NCBI GenBank assembly: GCA_947307015.1
Contig: CAMZHV010000001.1
Location: forward strand, 12,846-76,845
Length of the DNA: 64,000 bases
Origin: an uncultured Prevotellaceae bacterium
GTDB lineage: Bacteria; Bacteroidota; Bacteroidia; Bacteroidales; Bacteroidaceae
Direction of reading: 5' to 3'
Shown piece by piece: positions 1-11,912 of the stretch. The first letter of the stretch is position 1, and the number at the start of each line of letters is the position of its first letter. The notes below the pieces were generated by a model that was not told the DNA's origin, did no database searches, and saw nothing but the letters and a program-made list of their open reading frames with translations. A program made the position numbers and the translations under genes.

Positions 1-31
1 CTATAGGTCAACACCGTTTAGATTAGCGCCG

Positions 32-39
32 CAAAGGTA
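32..39 (-). promoter_or_regulatory. Putative -7 promoter box TACCTTTG (TAnnTTTG) pointing out of the window
   Basis: Exact match to the Bacteroides-type -7 consensus on the minus strand. It lies downstream of the stop of the 100..4404 gene. The target gene is not in the window. Confidence 0.3.
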
Positions 40-99
40 CTCATTATTTCTTAAATAAAAGTCATAAAGTGGTAGAAAAAAGAAAGAGGAGGTCATTTC

Positions 100-3000
100 T
101 TATCGCCTTGACGTATTATAATTATATAGGAGGCCGCCGTTGGCTGTCTGACCTGCTGCATCGATGGCGATAGTGGTCTTCTGCGAGTTATTGAAGAGGC
201 GGACGTGGGCATGTCCGTTGGCGTCGAGCTTCAGTTCGGGATTCCAATAGAGCGTACGGCGGTAGTCCTTCTGACCTTCCTTGGGCGGATTGCGCTGATA
301 GTCGGGGCTGTAGAAATCCTCCTGGAAGGCAAAGCCGTCGAGGATGTAACGGCGGTCGCGGTAGGTGGCACGCTGGGAACCGTCCTTATAGCGATGGATG
401 TCCACGATGACTTCGGGCTGGTTGCTCTGCTCGTAACGCTCGTCGCCCTCACGGCGCGGCGAATAGTCGGTGTAGATGTAAATCTTGTCGAGGTTGCTCA
501 GCAGGCTGAAGCGCGCGCGCTCCAAAGGACCGTACCAGAAACTTGCAGGTTTGCCGTCTAAATAAGTCTTTGAGGTGTAGTGACGGTACATGCCCATATC
601 GCCTATCTTGACGCCTGTTATGCCACTGGTGGCATTGGAATAACCGCCGAAGAATCCAGCATCCATGGACTCGTTATGGGCTTGGTAAGCATCAATGACG
701 TAGGCGGGTTTGGAGAGGTCGACGTGCCGTAAGCCGCCGTGGCGGGTGCGCACGGTGATCTGGTCGAGCAGATGAGTGCCGTCGGTTAGCAGACGGGGTG
801 ATAAGTAGGTGGTATCGCGCAGTGGCGCATTGTGTACCTGATAATAGGTATAGGGCTTAATCCAGCGGGGGTAGGGAAAGTTGAGACGCACATAGTATTC
901 GGGGAAATCGCCGAGGCGCCCTGCCATGAGGTCGTATTCCGTCTGCCTGTCTATCTGTACCCAAGCGTGTGGTTTACGACGGTGTAATCCATCCCATTTC
1001 TTCTTCCATTTGGTGGTGTCGCTGGCACCGAGGAAGAATTCGCATTGCCCCTCGAAGCGCGGCAGATCGATTTGGAAAGTGCCGTTTGTGGTCTCCGTCT
1101 CGCCGACGAGGAAGTCGTTGGGGTCGTAGAGATTGATGAACTCGGCGTGTACGCGCACCTCCTTCTTCACGGTGCCACGCTCGATATAACGCCGTGCGGC
1201 GAGTTTGCGTTGCCTGCGCTGCTGCTCCTGATAGAGACGGTTGGTGCGGAAGCTGAGAACGTTGTAGTCCGTAGATTCCCAGTCGTTCCCTTGTAGAGAA
1301 TATATGCCATGCCAAGTGTCGGAGATGGCACCTATATTACTGCGCTGCTCGTAGATAGGGCTGAGGTTCCAAGCCATATTCCTGCGGCTATAGCCCACGG
1401 GCAAGCCTTGATGAAAATCGTTGGCATGGAAAGCTGTCGGACGGCCGTCGGCCTCGAAGAGCGGGTTCGACTGTTGCTCGCTCAGCGAAGGCGTCTGTTC
1501 CATCATGAAGCGCTCATGGTCGGCAGCCACATCTTGGAAAATATTGTCGCGCTCTTCCATAAGGCTCCAGTAGCGGTTCACGGTGCCGGTGACAATTTGC
1601 GTGTGTTCGGCGGGATGCGTGATGTCCCAAGCTCCCTTGATGGCCATATCCTGCCAGTTGAAGCGTCGCCAGCCCTGTGTCAGCATGAGCAGGTCGAGGG
1701 CGCGTCGGTGTTCCTCGTCGTCTTTTTCAAAGAAGTAATCGGGTTGCGGCACGAAGCCCTTGATTTCTGAGGCTAAGAGCAGCTCGGTCATGATGTTTCC
1801 GCTGTCGAAGGTGTTGTCGGAGTGGATGACATCGCGTACTGTCAGCGACACGGTTTGATCGGGCATGAGATGGGCAGAAGTGACGTCGAAGTCGATGCGT
1901 TCGAACGGCTCATACTGCTCCTTCTGACCCGTGAACTGTAGCGTTGGCTGCATGAGCTCAGGGTTGGTGACGAAGAAGAGTCGGTCGGCGTAGATATGAC
2001 CGATGGAATCGAAGACGGTGATCTGGTAGACGCCTGGGGAAGACTCTCCCCCCGCCCTCCCTGTTAGGGAGGGAGTAAAATGAATTTGAGAATGGGGGGT
2101 GGGGCTCATTTCTTCGAAGAACGCCACCTTCCCTTCGTTCATCACGGTGATGCCCAAGGGCTGTTGGGCAGCGAGACCTGCTGCGGCGATGTCGAAGAGC
2201 CAGTCTCCTGTAATCGTGTCACGGCGCACCTGCAAAGCCACGCCTTCGGACTTGATGTCTTTGATGTCCTGACTGACGGTCACTGGCTTCTTTGTGTCCT
2301 TGGGCTGCTCGTCGGGTGTGAAAACTGCCTCGTATTTCACCCCTTCCTGGGGCGTGAAGATGAAGGTGCCGCGGCCTCGGTTCTCAGTTATCACGGAGTC
2401 TACTACCTCGCCTTGATCGTTTTTGACTTTTATGATGTCTTTTTTCACGCGAAGGCATAGTGAGCCTTCCTTCATTTCACCCTCACTCGTTGCCGCCTCA
2501 AAGGCTACGCGGCAGGGCACACCTGCAACGAGATTGCCTCCCTCGGGGAAGAGGGAGAGGCGCAGTTCGGGGGCTTTAGGTTCGCTCTTAAAGTAGCGGC
2601 GCAACGGACGGAAGGTCATATCGCGGTAGAAATCACCCTCCTCCTTGGGTTTGTCGTAGACGGGGAAGACGCGCGAGTAGAGCTTCTCGTAATCGCGGAA
2701 GAAGTCCTTGGCCATTGCCTTGTTGTAGAAGCTGTATTCCGTTGACCACGCATGGAAGTGCTCCGTCTGCCCCCAGTTGAGCTGCCAGCGCGTGTAGGCA
2801 CGAAGCTCGAAGTAACCGGAATAGAGCGTGTCGGGCAGGGCAAAGAAGCCGTGACCGCGGCCTTCCTTCATCTCCACCAGCTTACGTTCGACCATGTAGC
2901 CGTCGTGGTTCCATAGCTCGGCATACAGCACGCGGGAGATGCGGCTTGGTTTGTCGTCGTTCGTACGGCGGGTGTAGGCAGCAAACCAGATGGTGTCGCC

Positions 3001-4404
3001 GAGGAAATAACTGGTGTTGTCCATGTGAACATAGACCTTCTCCTGTGGGATGAAGGTGCCGAAGCGTTCGAGGCGATCAACCAGGCGTTCCATTGGCGGT
3101 AGTGAAGCCTGATAGGCTGCGACGCTGTCGAGGCGCGCCTGCAGCAGATCCACAGTACCTTGCGCGATGGCCTGTTCCTCTGCAGTGCGTTTGATAATTT
3201 CATTATTGGCCCAGAAGGTGCTGTCGTATCCTGCTTCAGAAATGGCACTAAGCATATTCTCACGTGCACGCGCGCTTTTCTTTATTTTAAGGTGCGACTG
3301 GCCTTCCGTATTGAAGAGCATCGTGCGCGTCTGGAAGTCTCCCCATTTGGTTTGCATAGACAGGTCAGCGACTTCGGGGTATTTGTGGTCATAGCGATAG
3401 TCGATATGGAAATCCAGCGTCACGGGTATTACCGTAGCACTACGCAGGCTCCCCTTGCCGAAACTGATTTTCATGTTTTCCACTTGTCCGTCGAAAGCCA
3501 GCACGCTGAGCGTCCTGCGGTCGACATAGAGCGTACCTGTCATGATTGGCTGCTGGATGTCAAGGTTTTCGTTGCGTTTGAAATGGACGATATAGAGCTG
3601 TTGATCGGCATCTGCCGCTTCCTCGAAGGTAATATCGTAGTATTTTTTGAAGTATGAGATATTGCTGGTCTTCCTTTCTTTTTTTGCAGCACGATGTGCC
3701 CAGTCGTAGTAGTAGCTTTGCTGATGGTTGTAACCCGTGAAGCCCTTCTCGGGCAACGGAGTCAGCAGACGGTGCCAGAAGCTGGCATCGAGCGTCATTG
3801 GGCCTAACTCCAGGACGTGATGCAGGTTCATGTCGCTCAAATTGGACTCTGCCCACTGCTTCTGTGTTAATGCACCATGACGCCCTGTGAGGAAGGTCAG
3901 TTCGCGTAGGTTTACTGCCGAGCGTGCGCTGATGAATGCCTCCACGATGTCCTGCTTGCGGCTGATGACCGATGTTTGACGGTAGAAGAACTGTGCTGTC
4001 TTCGATTTCTTGCGATTGAAGGCTTTCTCCATCTGCTTGGCCACTTGTGCCAGGATGCTCTCGATGGCAGTCACCGTCACCTCGGAGAGCGTCGATGAGA
4101 GCATCTTCATCTTGATGGTTTTCGGTAGTTTGTTGGCGCGCAGGGTCAAGGTTTCACGGCCAATGCACGTCAGGCGCACGACATCCGAGGAATCAGCAGT
4201 GATGCTGAATTCTCCATCGAAGTTCGTCAGCGTGTTGTTCTCCTCGCTGACATAAACGCCCACTAACGGCAATGCCTCACCCGATTCAGCATCGATCACG
4301 CGTGCTGAGAAGGTTGCTTGCGCCATCGTGGTAAGGGTGGCTGCCAGCAACAAACAAACTGCCAGCACGCGTCGCCATTCTATAATAAAAACCTTCGTTT
4401 CCAT
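100..4404 (-). CDS. Large secreted protein: CarboxypepD_reg-like N-terminal domain followed by an MG2/alpha-2-macroglobulin-like region
   Basis: 1434-aa ORF. Signal-like N-terminus (LLLAATLTTMAQA), then ARVIDAESGEALPLVGVYV...NFDGEFSI, typical of carboxypeptidase-regulatory-like domains. Carries a 66-nt in-frame module at 2042-2107. Confidence 0.6.
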   Translation of the reverse strand: METKVFIIEWRRVLAVCLLLAATLTTMAQATFSARVIDAESGEALPLVGVYVSEENNTLTNFDGEFSITADSSDVVRLTCIGRETLTLRANKLPKTIKMKMLSSTLSEVTVTAIESILAQVAKQMEKAFNRKKSKTAQFFYRQTSVISRKQDIVEAFISARSAVNLRELTFLTGRHGALTQKQWAESNLSDMNLHHVLELGPMTLDASFWHRLLTPLPEKGFTGYNHQQSYYYDWAHRAAKKERKTSNISYFKKYYDITFEEAADADQQLYIVHFKRNENLDIQQPIMTGTLYVDRRTLSVLAFDGQVENMKISFGKGSLRSATVIPVTLDFHIDYRYDHKYPEVADLSMQTKWGDFQTRTMLFNTEGQSHLKIKKSARARENMLSAISEAGYDSTFWANNEIIKRTAEEQAIAQGTVDLLQARLDSVAAYQASLPPMERLVDRLERFGTFIPQEKVYVHMDNTSYFLGDTIWFAAYTRRTNDDKPSRISRVLYAELWNHDGYMVERKLVEMKEGRGHGFFALPDTLYSGYFELRAYTRWQLNWGQTEHFHAWSTEYSFYNKAMAKDFFRDYEKLYSRVFPVYDKPKEEGDFYRDMTFRPLRRYFKSEPKAPELRLSLFPEGGNLVAGVPCRVAFEAATSEGEMKEGSLCLRVKKDIIKVKNDQGEVVDSVITENRGRGTFIFTPQEGVKYEAVFTPDEQPKDTKKPVTVSQDIKDIKSEGVALQVRRDTITGDWLFDIAAAGLAAQQPLGITVMNEGKVAFFEEMSPTPHSQIHFTPSLTGRAGGESSPGVYQITVFDSIGHIYADRLFFVTNPELMQPTLQFTGQKEQYEPFERIDFDVTSAHLMPDQTVSLTVRDVIHSDNTFDSGNIMTELLLASEIKGFVPQPDYFFEKDDEEHRRALDLLMLTQGWRRFNWQDMAIKGAWDITHPAEHTQIVTGTVNRYWSLMEERDNIFQDVAADHERFMMEQTPSLSEQQSNPLFEADGRPTAFHANDFHQGLPVGYSRRNMAWNLSPIYEQRSNIGAISDTWHGIYSLQGNDWESTDYNVLSFRTNRLYQEQQRRQRKLAARRYIERGTVKKEVRVHAEFINLYDPNDFLVGETETTNGTFQIDLPRFEGQCEFFLGASDTTKWKKKWDGLHRRKPHAWVQIDRQTEYDLMAGRLGDFPEYYVRLNFPYPRWIKPYTYYQVHNAPLRDTTYLSPRLLTDGTHLLDQITVRTRHGGLRHVDLSKPAYVIDAYQAHNESMDAGFFGGYSNATSGITGVKIGDMGMYRHYTSKTYLDGKPASFWYGPLERARFSLLSNLDKIYIYTDYSPRREGDERYEQSNQPEVIVDIHRYKDGSQRATYRDRRYILDGFAFQEDFYSPDYQRNPPKEGQKDYRRTLYWNPELKLDANGHAHVRLFNNSQKTTIAIDAAGQTANGGLLYNYNTSRR
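2042..2107 (+). repeat. Type-A GC module (GACTCTCCCCCCG + CCCTCCCT-GTT-AGGGAGGG) plus degenerate partner tail GGGGGGTGGGGCTC, in frame in a CDS
   Basis: Near-identical to the arms at 21852, 21951, 34589 and 34696. Translated on the minus strand as [22 protein letters not shown]. Confidence 0.85.
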
Positions 4405-4480
4405 AATATTGTAATCTTTACGTTATATCGATATTTTGAATTTCATTATTTTGGTATTATCCTCTAAGGAGGCAGGAGTT

Positions 4481-5263
4481 TCACTTTACCCTTGTTTCCT
4501 GTAGCATCTTTTGTTCAAAGCGTGAGAGGGGACGGGGCTTGTGAGAGGTAACGGGCGGATTCTTTTCTTCTTTCTTCTTTTTGGAGAAGAGGCGCTGGAA
4601 GAAGGACTGTCGTGGTTGGGGCATTCGGCTGTTGACAAAAGTGCGCGCGCTACTTGTTGGTGTCTGGAGGGTGGCAGTTGGAACCCTTACCACTTCGGTC
4701 ATTGGTCTTTCCTGCTCATGTCGTAGCACGTATGCCTCATGCGGTGTCAGTTTCCATTTCCACACGACATAGTCGCGGAAGCGGGGCAAAAGGTCTTTTA
4801 ATGTGGTGTATATTGAGTCATCGACGAGCAACTCTGTAAGGCTGTTTGTGTGGATGATTCTCTCGATGGAATCAGGGATTTCTGCATCAGGATTGAACAC
4901 AGGACGCACCGTGGGGATATGCAGGCTTCGGATAGCACTATGCACGCCCATCCATCGGTGTTGCTCGTCGGCAATGAAGTCGAAGATGCGCGTTGTCGTT
5001 GGTAAAGGCTCAAACACCAACACGATGTCCTCGTTCAGCGTGTCGATGCGAAGCAAGGGATGGTGGCTGTCGGCCTCATCGGAGAGGGAAGCTGTTGAGG
5101 GTACCGTCCACATGGCGTCGCTGCCGCCGTTCTGCAGGCGCAGACGTGTTTCCGTCTGTCCCAACTCCACGGCAGCTATGCTCCCGCCCCCGCCCGTCTC
5201 AATGATTGCTTCGGGTTGGAACATCGTGATAATCTGCATCATTATGATTCCAAGTGTCATCAT
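4481..5263 (-). CDS. Hypothetical protein
   Basis: 260-aa ORF between two co-directional genes. I recognise no motif. Several candidate Met starts. Confidence 0.45.
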   Translation of the reverse strand: MMTLGIIMMQIITMFQPEAIIETGGGGSIAAVELGQTETRLRLQNGGSDAMWTVPSTASLSDEADSHHPLLRIDTLNEDIVLVFEPLPTTTRIFDFIADEQHRWMGVHSAIRSLHIPTVRPVFNPDAEIPDSIERIIHTNSLTELLVDDSIYTTLKDLLPRFRDYVVWKWKLTPHEAYVLRHEQERPMTEVVRVPTATLQTPTSSARTFVNSRMPQPRQSFFQRLFSKKKKEEKNPPVTSHKPRPLSRFEQKMLQETRVK

Positions 5264-5272
5264 GAACTTAAT

Positions 5273-6667
5273 TTATATCGTGAGCAGTACGTCATCCAAG
5301 GGCCGCTCGGGATCTGTCTCGCCAAAACCGTCCTTCTTCAATTTGAGCTTGCGGTGTTTTACGGCTGACACAGTGATGAGGTAAATGCTGGCTATCACCT
5401 GATTAGTAAGCTTCATGCGGGTGAGCATACAGAGCTGGATGTCCTCCTCGCTGAACTCGGGGTGCCGTGTCCGCAGGCGTGTCACGAAGCCGCTCGTGGT
5501 GCTGTCGAGAAGTTGCTCCACGTCGAGCCATTCCCTGGCGCTGAGTTGTTTTTTTCTGTCACCCTCTTCGCGCAGCCGCCGTAATACCTCGTTTTTCTCG
5601 AGGATGAAATGTTGTAGCAGCTGTATCTTTTGTCCCTGTTGTAGCAATCGTTCCTCCATTAGCTCGCGCTCGCGCAGTTCTGCCTGCAGGCGCTGTTGGT
5701 GCATCATTCGGCGATGACGGCTAAGCATGATGAGGAAAGCAACGGTCATCATGGCCACTACGCTGATGCCTATAAGCATCCATTGTGAAAGCTTTTGGCG
5801 GTAGGCCATCCGCTCTGCCTTGCGTTCCTGTTCGAGTGTGGCACGGAAGTAGACATCTTTCTGTTGCAATGCCGCAAAGAACACCGCTTCGGCGCTTGCA
5901 AAGGCTGAGTCTAAGAGCACAGGTAATCCCTCGAGGTCACTTTCCATGATGGCGATTTCGGCTAAATGGCGCTCTGCAATATACTGTGTCTTTGCATTAG
6001 GCAGTCGCCGCAAGTCCTCGTAGATGGCTCGTGCCTGTGCCAGCGAGTCGCACTGTAGGTAGCAGTTGGCTAAGATGAAACGTGGCTCGATGTCGGTGCT
6101 GTCCGTACCTTTCATGTTGATTTCACGTGCGATGCGCAACGCTTCCATAGCATCACCTTCAACCAAGCTGAGGTTTGCAAGTCGGCTGACGGCTATCTGA
6201 TGACTTGCGCTGTCAGAGAGGCATAGATTATATAAGGAACGTGCGCGAGTGTTGTCACCCGTCTGCTCGTACAAACCTGCTAACGTTAGTTTGATGGCAT
6301 AACTTAATTTTGCGATTTCATCGGCGCTTTTGACATTCTTTGTGGTCGCTTCATTCTCTGCGCGCTTCACAGCCTCTTGTGCTTGCTCGGCCAAAGCGAT
6401 TGCCTCATGTTCGTCTGTCCATTGCAGCTGTGCTGACAACAGGAGGCAAGCACGAGCTCCTGTCATCTGATCTTTGGCTGTTTCTGCCTCGCGAATGGTT
6501 GTACGCAGCAGGTCTTCGTAGGCTTTCACGCTGTCTGGCGAAGTCTGATGAAGTTGCTCTGCTGCCGCTAAGCAGGCCGCTGGCGACAGCTGGGCATCCC
6601 TCGTTTCGCAGGCAGCAAAAATTGCTGTCAGTGCGAGAAAGCAGTATGTAAGAAGGGCCTTTTTCAT
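5273..6667 (-). CDS. TPR-repeat lipoprotein-like regulator with a TM helix, coiled coil and C-terminal LuxR-like HTH
   Basis: Start moved to MKKALLTYCFLALTAIFAAC (lipobox-like), because a TACCTTTG box lies at 6690-6697, inside the longer ORF. C-terminus EEDIQLCMLTRMKLTNQVIASIYLITVSAVKHRKLKL resembles an HTH. Confidence 0.55.
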   Translation of the reverse strand: MKKALLTYCFLALTAIFAACETRDAQLSPAACLAAAEQLHQTSPDSVKAYEDLLRTTIREAETAKDQMTGARACLLLSAQLQWTDEHEAIALAEQAQEAVKRAENEATTKNVKSADEIAKLSYAIKLTLAGLYEQTGDNTRARSLYNLCLSDSASHQIAVSRLANLSLVEGDAMEALRIAREINMKGTDSTDIEPRFILANCYLQCDSLAQARAIYEDLRRLPNAKTQYIAERHLAEIAIMESDLEGLPVLLDSAFASAEAVFFAALQQKDVYFRATLEQERKAERMAYRQKLSQWMLIGISVVAMMTVAFLIMLSRHRRMMHQQRLQAELRERELMEERLLQQGQKIQLLQHFILEKNEVLRRLREEGDRKKQLSAREWLDVEQLLDSTTSGFVTRLRTRHPEFSEEDIQLCMLTRMKLTNQVIASIYLITVSAVKHRKLKLKKDGFGETDPERPLDDVLLTI

Positions 6668-6689
6668 AGCCTTTGCGATTTTTTCGCTG

Positions 6690-6697
6690 CAAAGGTA
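6690..6697 (-). promoter_or_regulatory. Putative -7 box TACCTTTG for the TPR/HTH regulator gene
   Basis: TAnnTTTG match 22 nt upstream of ATG 6667. Confidence 0.5.
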
Positions 6698-6854
6698 CGG
6701 CCTTTTCCGCAACCCACCAAAAGAAAGGTGTGGAAAAATCACATTCCACACCTTGCAGTCTTTCGTCTCATTTTCAGCTTTATAAATGCAACACTACCAT
6801 AAATAGGTGTGGAAAAGTGCAAAAACGGGCGAAAAAGGTACTTCTCATAGATGC

Positions 6855-8702
<1,848 letters not shown>

Positions 8703-8824
8703 AGTTTAATTGGATTTTTTCGTTCTTCTATTTACAGTCTTTGTATATATCTTTTGTATTTGTAGGGACACAACGAATGCGCTGCAAGCTTTCCTTTTGA
8801 TAGTGCTACTGCTGAAAACGGCGG

Positions 8825-8832
8825 CAAAGGTA
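8825..8832 (-). promoter_or_regulatory. Putative -7 box TACCTTTG for glmS
   Basis: TAnnTTTG match 122 nt upstream of the glmS ATG. Confidence 0.4.
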
Positions 8833-8902
8833 GCAAAAAGAAAGCAAACAGCCATGCTTTTAGAGCAAAAAGTTTGCTAATGTTGTATTTTTCTATTCTT
8901 TG

Positions 8903-9556
8903 TCAGACAATGATGTTCCCGTCCTTCATGTGAATAGTGCGGTCGGTGGTGGCGGCGAGTTGCTCGTCGTGGGTGACGATGACGAAGGTTTGGTGCATCT
9001 CGTCGCGGAGGCGGAAGAAGAGGGCATGAAGCTCGGCTTTGTTGGCGCTGTCGAGGCTGCCACTGGGCTCATCGGCAAGGACGACGGCGGGCTTGTTGAT
9101 GAGGGCTCGTGCCACGGCGACGCGCTGTTTCTCACCGCCGGAGAGTTCGGCGGGCTTGTGAGTGGCACGCTCGCTGAGCCCCATGAATGACAGAAGTTCT
9201 TCGGCGCGCTGACGTGCCTCGCGGCGGCTGGTTCCAGCGATGAGTGCTGGTATCATGACATTCTCCAATGCTGTGAATTCGGGCAGGAGCTGATGGAACT
9301 GGAAGACGAAGCCGATATGCTGGTTGCGAAAGCGTGCCAGGGCTTTCTGCGAGAGGCGGCTGACATCCGTGTCGTTTATGACAATGGTGCCGCTGTCGGC
9401 GCGGTCGAGGGTTCCCATAATCTGCAGCAATGTGGTCTTGCCAGCACCGCTGGGGCCAACGATGCTGACGACCTCGCCCTGTGCGATGTCGAGGTCAATG
9501 CCTTTGAGCACTTGCAATGAGCCGAAGCTTTTGGTGATATTCCTGAGTGTTATCAT
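8903..9556 (-). CDS. ABC transporter ATP-binding protein (LolD/MacB-type)
   Basis: 217 aa. Walker [10 protein letters not shown], signature [15 protein letters not shown], Walker B VVLADEP. Confidence 0.9.
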   Translation of the reverse strand: MITLRNITKSFGSLQVLKGIDLDIAQGEVVSIVGPSGAGKTTLLQIMGTLDRADSGTIVINDTDVSRLSQKALARFRNQHIGFVFQFHQLLPEFTALENVMIPALIAGTSRREARQRAEELLSFMGLSERATHKPAELSGGEKQRVAVARALINKPAVVLADEPSGSLDSANKAELHALFFRLRDEMHQTFVIVTHDEQLAATTDRTIHMKDGNIIV

Positions 9557-11649
9557 TTTCTAATCTTATTGAGCCATTCTTCGAAGAGGAGTTGGCGCTG
9601 GGTGACGCTCTGTCCGTTGGGTGCGAAGACAGAGAGTGATTCCTGCGGGTCGCCGTACTGGTCGGGATAGAGGAGAATGACGTTGTGGTTGGCGAAATGG
9701 CGGGCGATGTAGGCGGGCAAGGTGCCCTGAGCGGGCGTATGAGATATGAATCCCGCGCGCGCGGTGACGATGACGAGGAGCTGGTCGGTGTTGACTTCCG
9801 AGGGCAGGCGTGTCAGTAGGTTGCCGAAACCTGATTCCACCTTCACTTCCATCATCACGGAGGGATGGTGTTGGGTGAGATAATCTCGGATGTAGTAACC
9901 CGTGTCATCGAGGGTGTGGAAGCGCATTGGCTGCCCCGTGAGCTCGCCGATGCGGCAGAGGTGTTCGAGCCATTTGTAGAAACCTACTTCGTACTCGGCC
10001 TTGGCGGGTACGGCCACGACGATGCGCCGCAGTGTGCCAAGGGGCACGAGCAGGCGCACGATGAGTGCTTCGCGGTGTGTCGTGGCGAGTACGCTTTGTG
10101 CTACGATGCCGAGTTTTCCCGCAGGTTTACCATCCTCGTCTTCGTGCAACCCTAAGATGATTTCGCCAGCATCGACTTCCTTCATCGTATGGGTGATGGC
10201 GCTGGCCACGTTGGAACTGACGCGGCTCATGGTGGACATCGTCACGTTGGCAGCGGCGGCTATCTTACGCGCTTTCTCCAAATTGCGCTGTCCCTGTGCC
10301 CGCAGCACGTCGTCGGGGTCATCGTCCATGGAAACGGCGAGTCCCATGACGCTGTCGGCGATGTGCGGATTGCGTATCATGATGGAGAGCTGTGTCATGG
10401 CATCCACGGTCTTGGGATAGGCGTAAGCCGTGAGGCACTTGCCGTGGTAGCTGCCTCGGTTACGATCCAGCTCATTGGTGCGCAGGGCCAACTCACGTGC
10501 GGCCTTGCCAGTAGCCAGTGAGCTGATGATGCAGGAGCAGAGGATGAGAATCACGGTAGTGTTGAGCACCTGGGCATCCATCAGTTCCACACCAGGTTGT
10601 GTGCCGATCATGACGATGGCGAGGGCTCCGGCAGCGTGGGAGTTGGTGAGGCCGAACATCATCAGGCGGTCGGCGCGCGGCAGTTTGCACAAGCGCTGCA
10701 TCAGGAGTGCCGGCAGCCATTTCCCGAATGTTGCCACGGCGATGATGATGGCGCAGAGCATCAGGATGCGGGTGTCGTGGACGAGAATACCGACATCGAT
10801 AAGCATTCCCACACCGATGAGGAACCACGGCACGAAGAGGGCATTGCCGACGAACTCGATACGTGTCATCAGTGGTCCACCGTGGGGCACAACGCGGTTC
10901 AGGACAAGGCCGGCAAGGAAGGCACCCAAGAGACCTTCGAGGCCTACGAAGACGGCGAGGAAGGCGCTGATGAACACCATGGCGAGGATGAAAACATACT
11001 GCGTCACGGCATCTTCATTGCGACGCAGGAACCAGCGACCTATCTTCGGGAAGGCATAGGACACGCAGGTTATATACAGCACAATACCCACGGAGAAACG
11101 CACCCAGTACCACGCATCGCCACCACCGCGTTCATGTTGCACGACGATGGCCAGCATGAGCAGGGCACCGAAGGAGGCCATAGCCGTGCCGAGGATAGAG
11201 TAGACGACACTTGGATGCTTACCCAAGCCGTAGCGGCCGACGATGGGATAGGTGACGAGGGTGTGAGAGGCGAGTATACAGCTCAGCAACAGTGAAGCTG
11301 GCACGGTAAAATGTAGGGCGTAGCGCGCCACGAGATACCCCAGTACACCCGGCACGAGGAAGGTGAGAAAGCCGAAGCCTACGCCTGCATGCCCGTGTCG
11401 ACGGAAACTGCCCATATCCATCTCCAAGCCGGCGAGGAACATGATATAGTAGATGCCGACCTGTCCGAAGAGTTCGAACGAAGCATCGCGAGCCAGTACA
11501 TTGAAACCATGTTCACCCAGCACTACACCAGCCAGGATGAGGCCGATGATGTGCGGCACATGCAGACGCCTGAAGATGATGGGCGCCAGTAGCAAAACGA
11601 GCAACATGACGAGGAAAATCCACGTCGGATTGGTGATCAAAGGTTCCAT
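9553..11649 (-). CDS. Cation:proton antiporter (CPA family) with a large C-terminal cytoplasmic domain
   Basis: 698 aa. About 12 predicted TM helices of the Na+/H+ exchanger type, then a soluble C-terminal half. 4-nt overlap with the downstream ABC ATPase gene. Confidence 0.85.
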   Translation of the reverse strand: MEPLITNPTWIFLVMLLVLLLAPIIFRRLHVPHIIGLILAGVVLGEHGFNVLARDASFELFGQVGIYYIMFLAGLEMDMGSFRRHGHAGVGFGFLTFLVPGVLGYLVARYALHFTVPASLLLSCILASHTLVTYPIVGRYGLGKHPSVVYSILGTAMASFGALLMLAIVVQHERGGGDAWYWVRFSVGIVLYITCVSYAFPKIGRWFLRRNEDAVTQYVFILAMVFISAFLAVFVGLEGLLGAFLAGLVLNRVVPHGGPLMTRIEFVGNALFVPWFLIGVGMLIDVGILVHDTRILMLCAIIIAVATFGKWLPALLMQRLCKLPRADRLMMFGLTNSHAAGALAIVMIGTQPGVELMDAQVLNTTVILILCSCIISSLATGKAARELALRTNELDRNRGSYHGKCLTAYAYPKTVDAMTQLSIMIRNPHIADSVMGLAVSMDDDPDDVLRAQGQRNLEKARKIAAAANVTMSTMSRVSSNVASAITHTMKEVDAGEIILGLHEDEDGKPAGKLGIVAQSVLATTHREALIVRLLVPLGTLRRIVVAVPAKAEYEVGFYKWLEHLCRIGELTGQPMRFHTLDDTGYYIRDYLTQHHPSVMMEVKVESGFGNLLTRLPSEVNTDQLLVIVTARAGFISHTPAQGTLPAYIARHFANHNVILLYPDQYGDPQESLSVFAPNGQSVTQRQLLFEEWLNKIRK

Positions 11650-11656
11650 TGCGGTG

Positions 11657-11664
11657 CAAAGGTA
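11657..11664 (-). promoter_or_regulatory. Putative -7 box TACCTTTG only 7 nt upstream of the antiporter ATG (leaderless geometry)
   Basis: Minus strand reads TACCTTTG-CACCGCA-ATG. Confidence 0.45.
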
Positions 11665-11668
11665 GTAA

Positions 11669-11703
11669 AAAGTTTAAAGTTTAAAGGTCAAAGTGTGAAG
11701 TTT
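11669..11703. repeat. Five tandem AAAGTTT-like heptamers directly upstream of the antiporter -7 box
   Basis: aaagttt aaagttt aaaggtc aaagtgt gaagttt, read directly from the sequence. Confidence 0.7.
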
Positions 11704-11864
11704 TTGTTGTTTGCATGGCAATTTGTCGTTCATCTGCGGAAAATGTTAAGCTTTTTCGATAAAAAGATGCAAAAAAGAGCGGTGGCACTTGTTTTGTGTC
11801 ATGAAAAGGGACGCTTTTGTGATATTTTGGAATGTGATACCCCGCGTATTTTATAAAAAAGATG

Positions 11865-11872
11865 TACTTTTG
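11865..11872 (+). promoter_or_regulatory. Putative -7 box TACTTTTG for korA
   Basis: TAnnTTTG match 40 nt upstream of ATG 11913. Confidence 0.5.
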
Positions 11873-11912
11873 CAGCGTTAAGTCAGATTATATCAAACCT
11901 TAAAGTCATTAT

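Noticed and set aside
5273-6751. N-terminal extensions offered by the ORF track (also 20472-21161, 27339-28820, 53989-55164, 57324-59708, 43442-44668, 39159-42662, 23627-24526)
   Set aside because: An internal Met gives a canonical N-terminus or signal peptide. In several cases a TAnnTTTG box or the neighbouring gene lies inside the extension. The 23627 start is a TTG.
8703-8902. glmS ribozyme or riboswitch upstream of glmS
   Set aside because: I see no conserved structure, and the glmS ribozyme is a Firmicutes-type feature. Only a TAnnTTTG box is evident.
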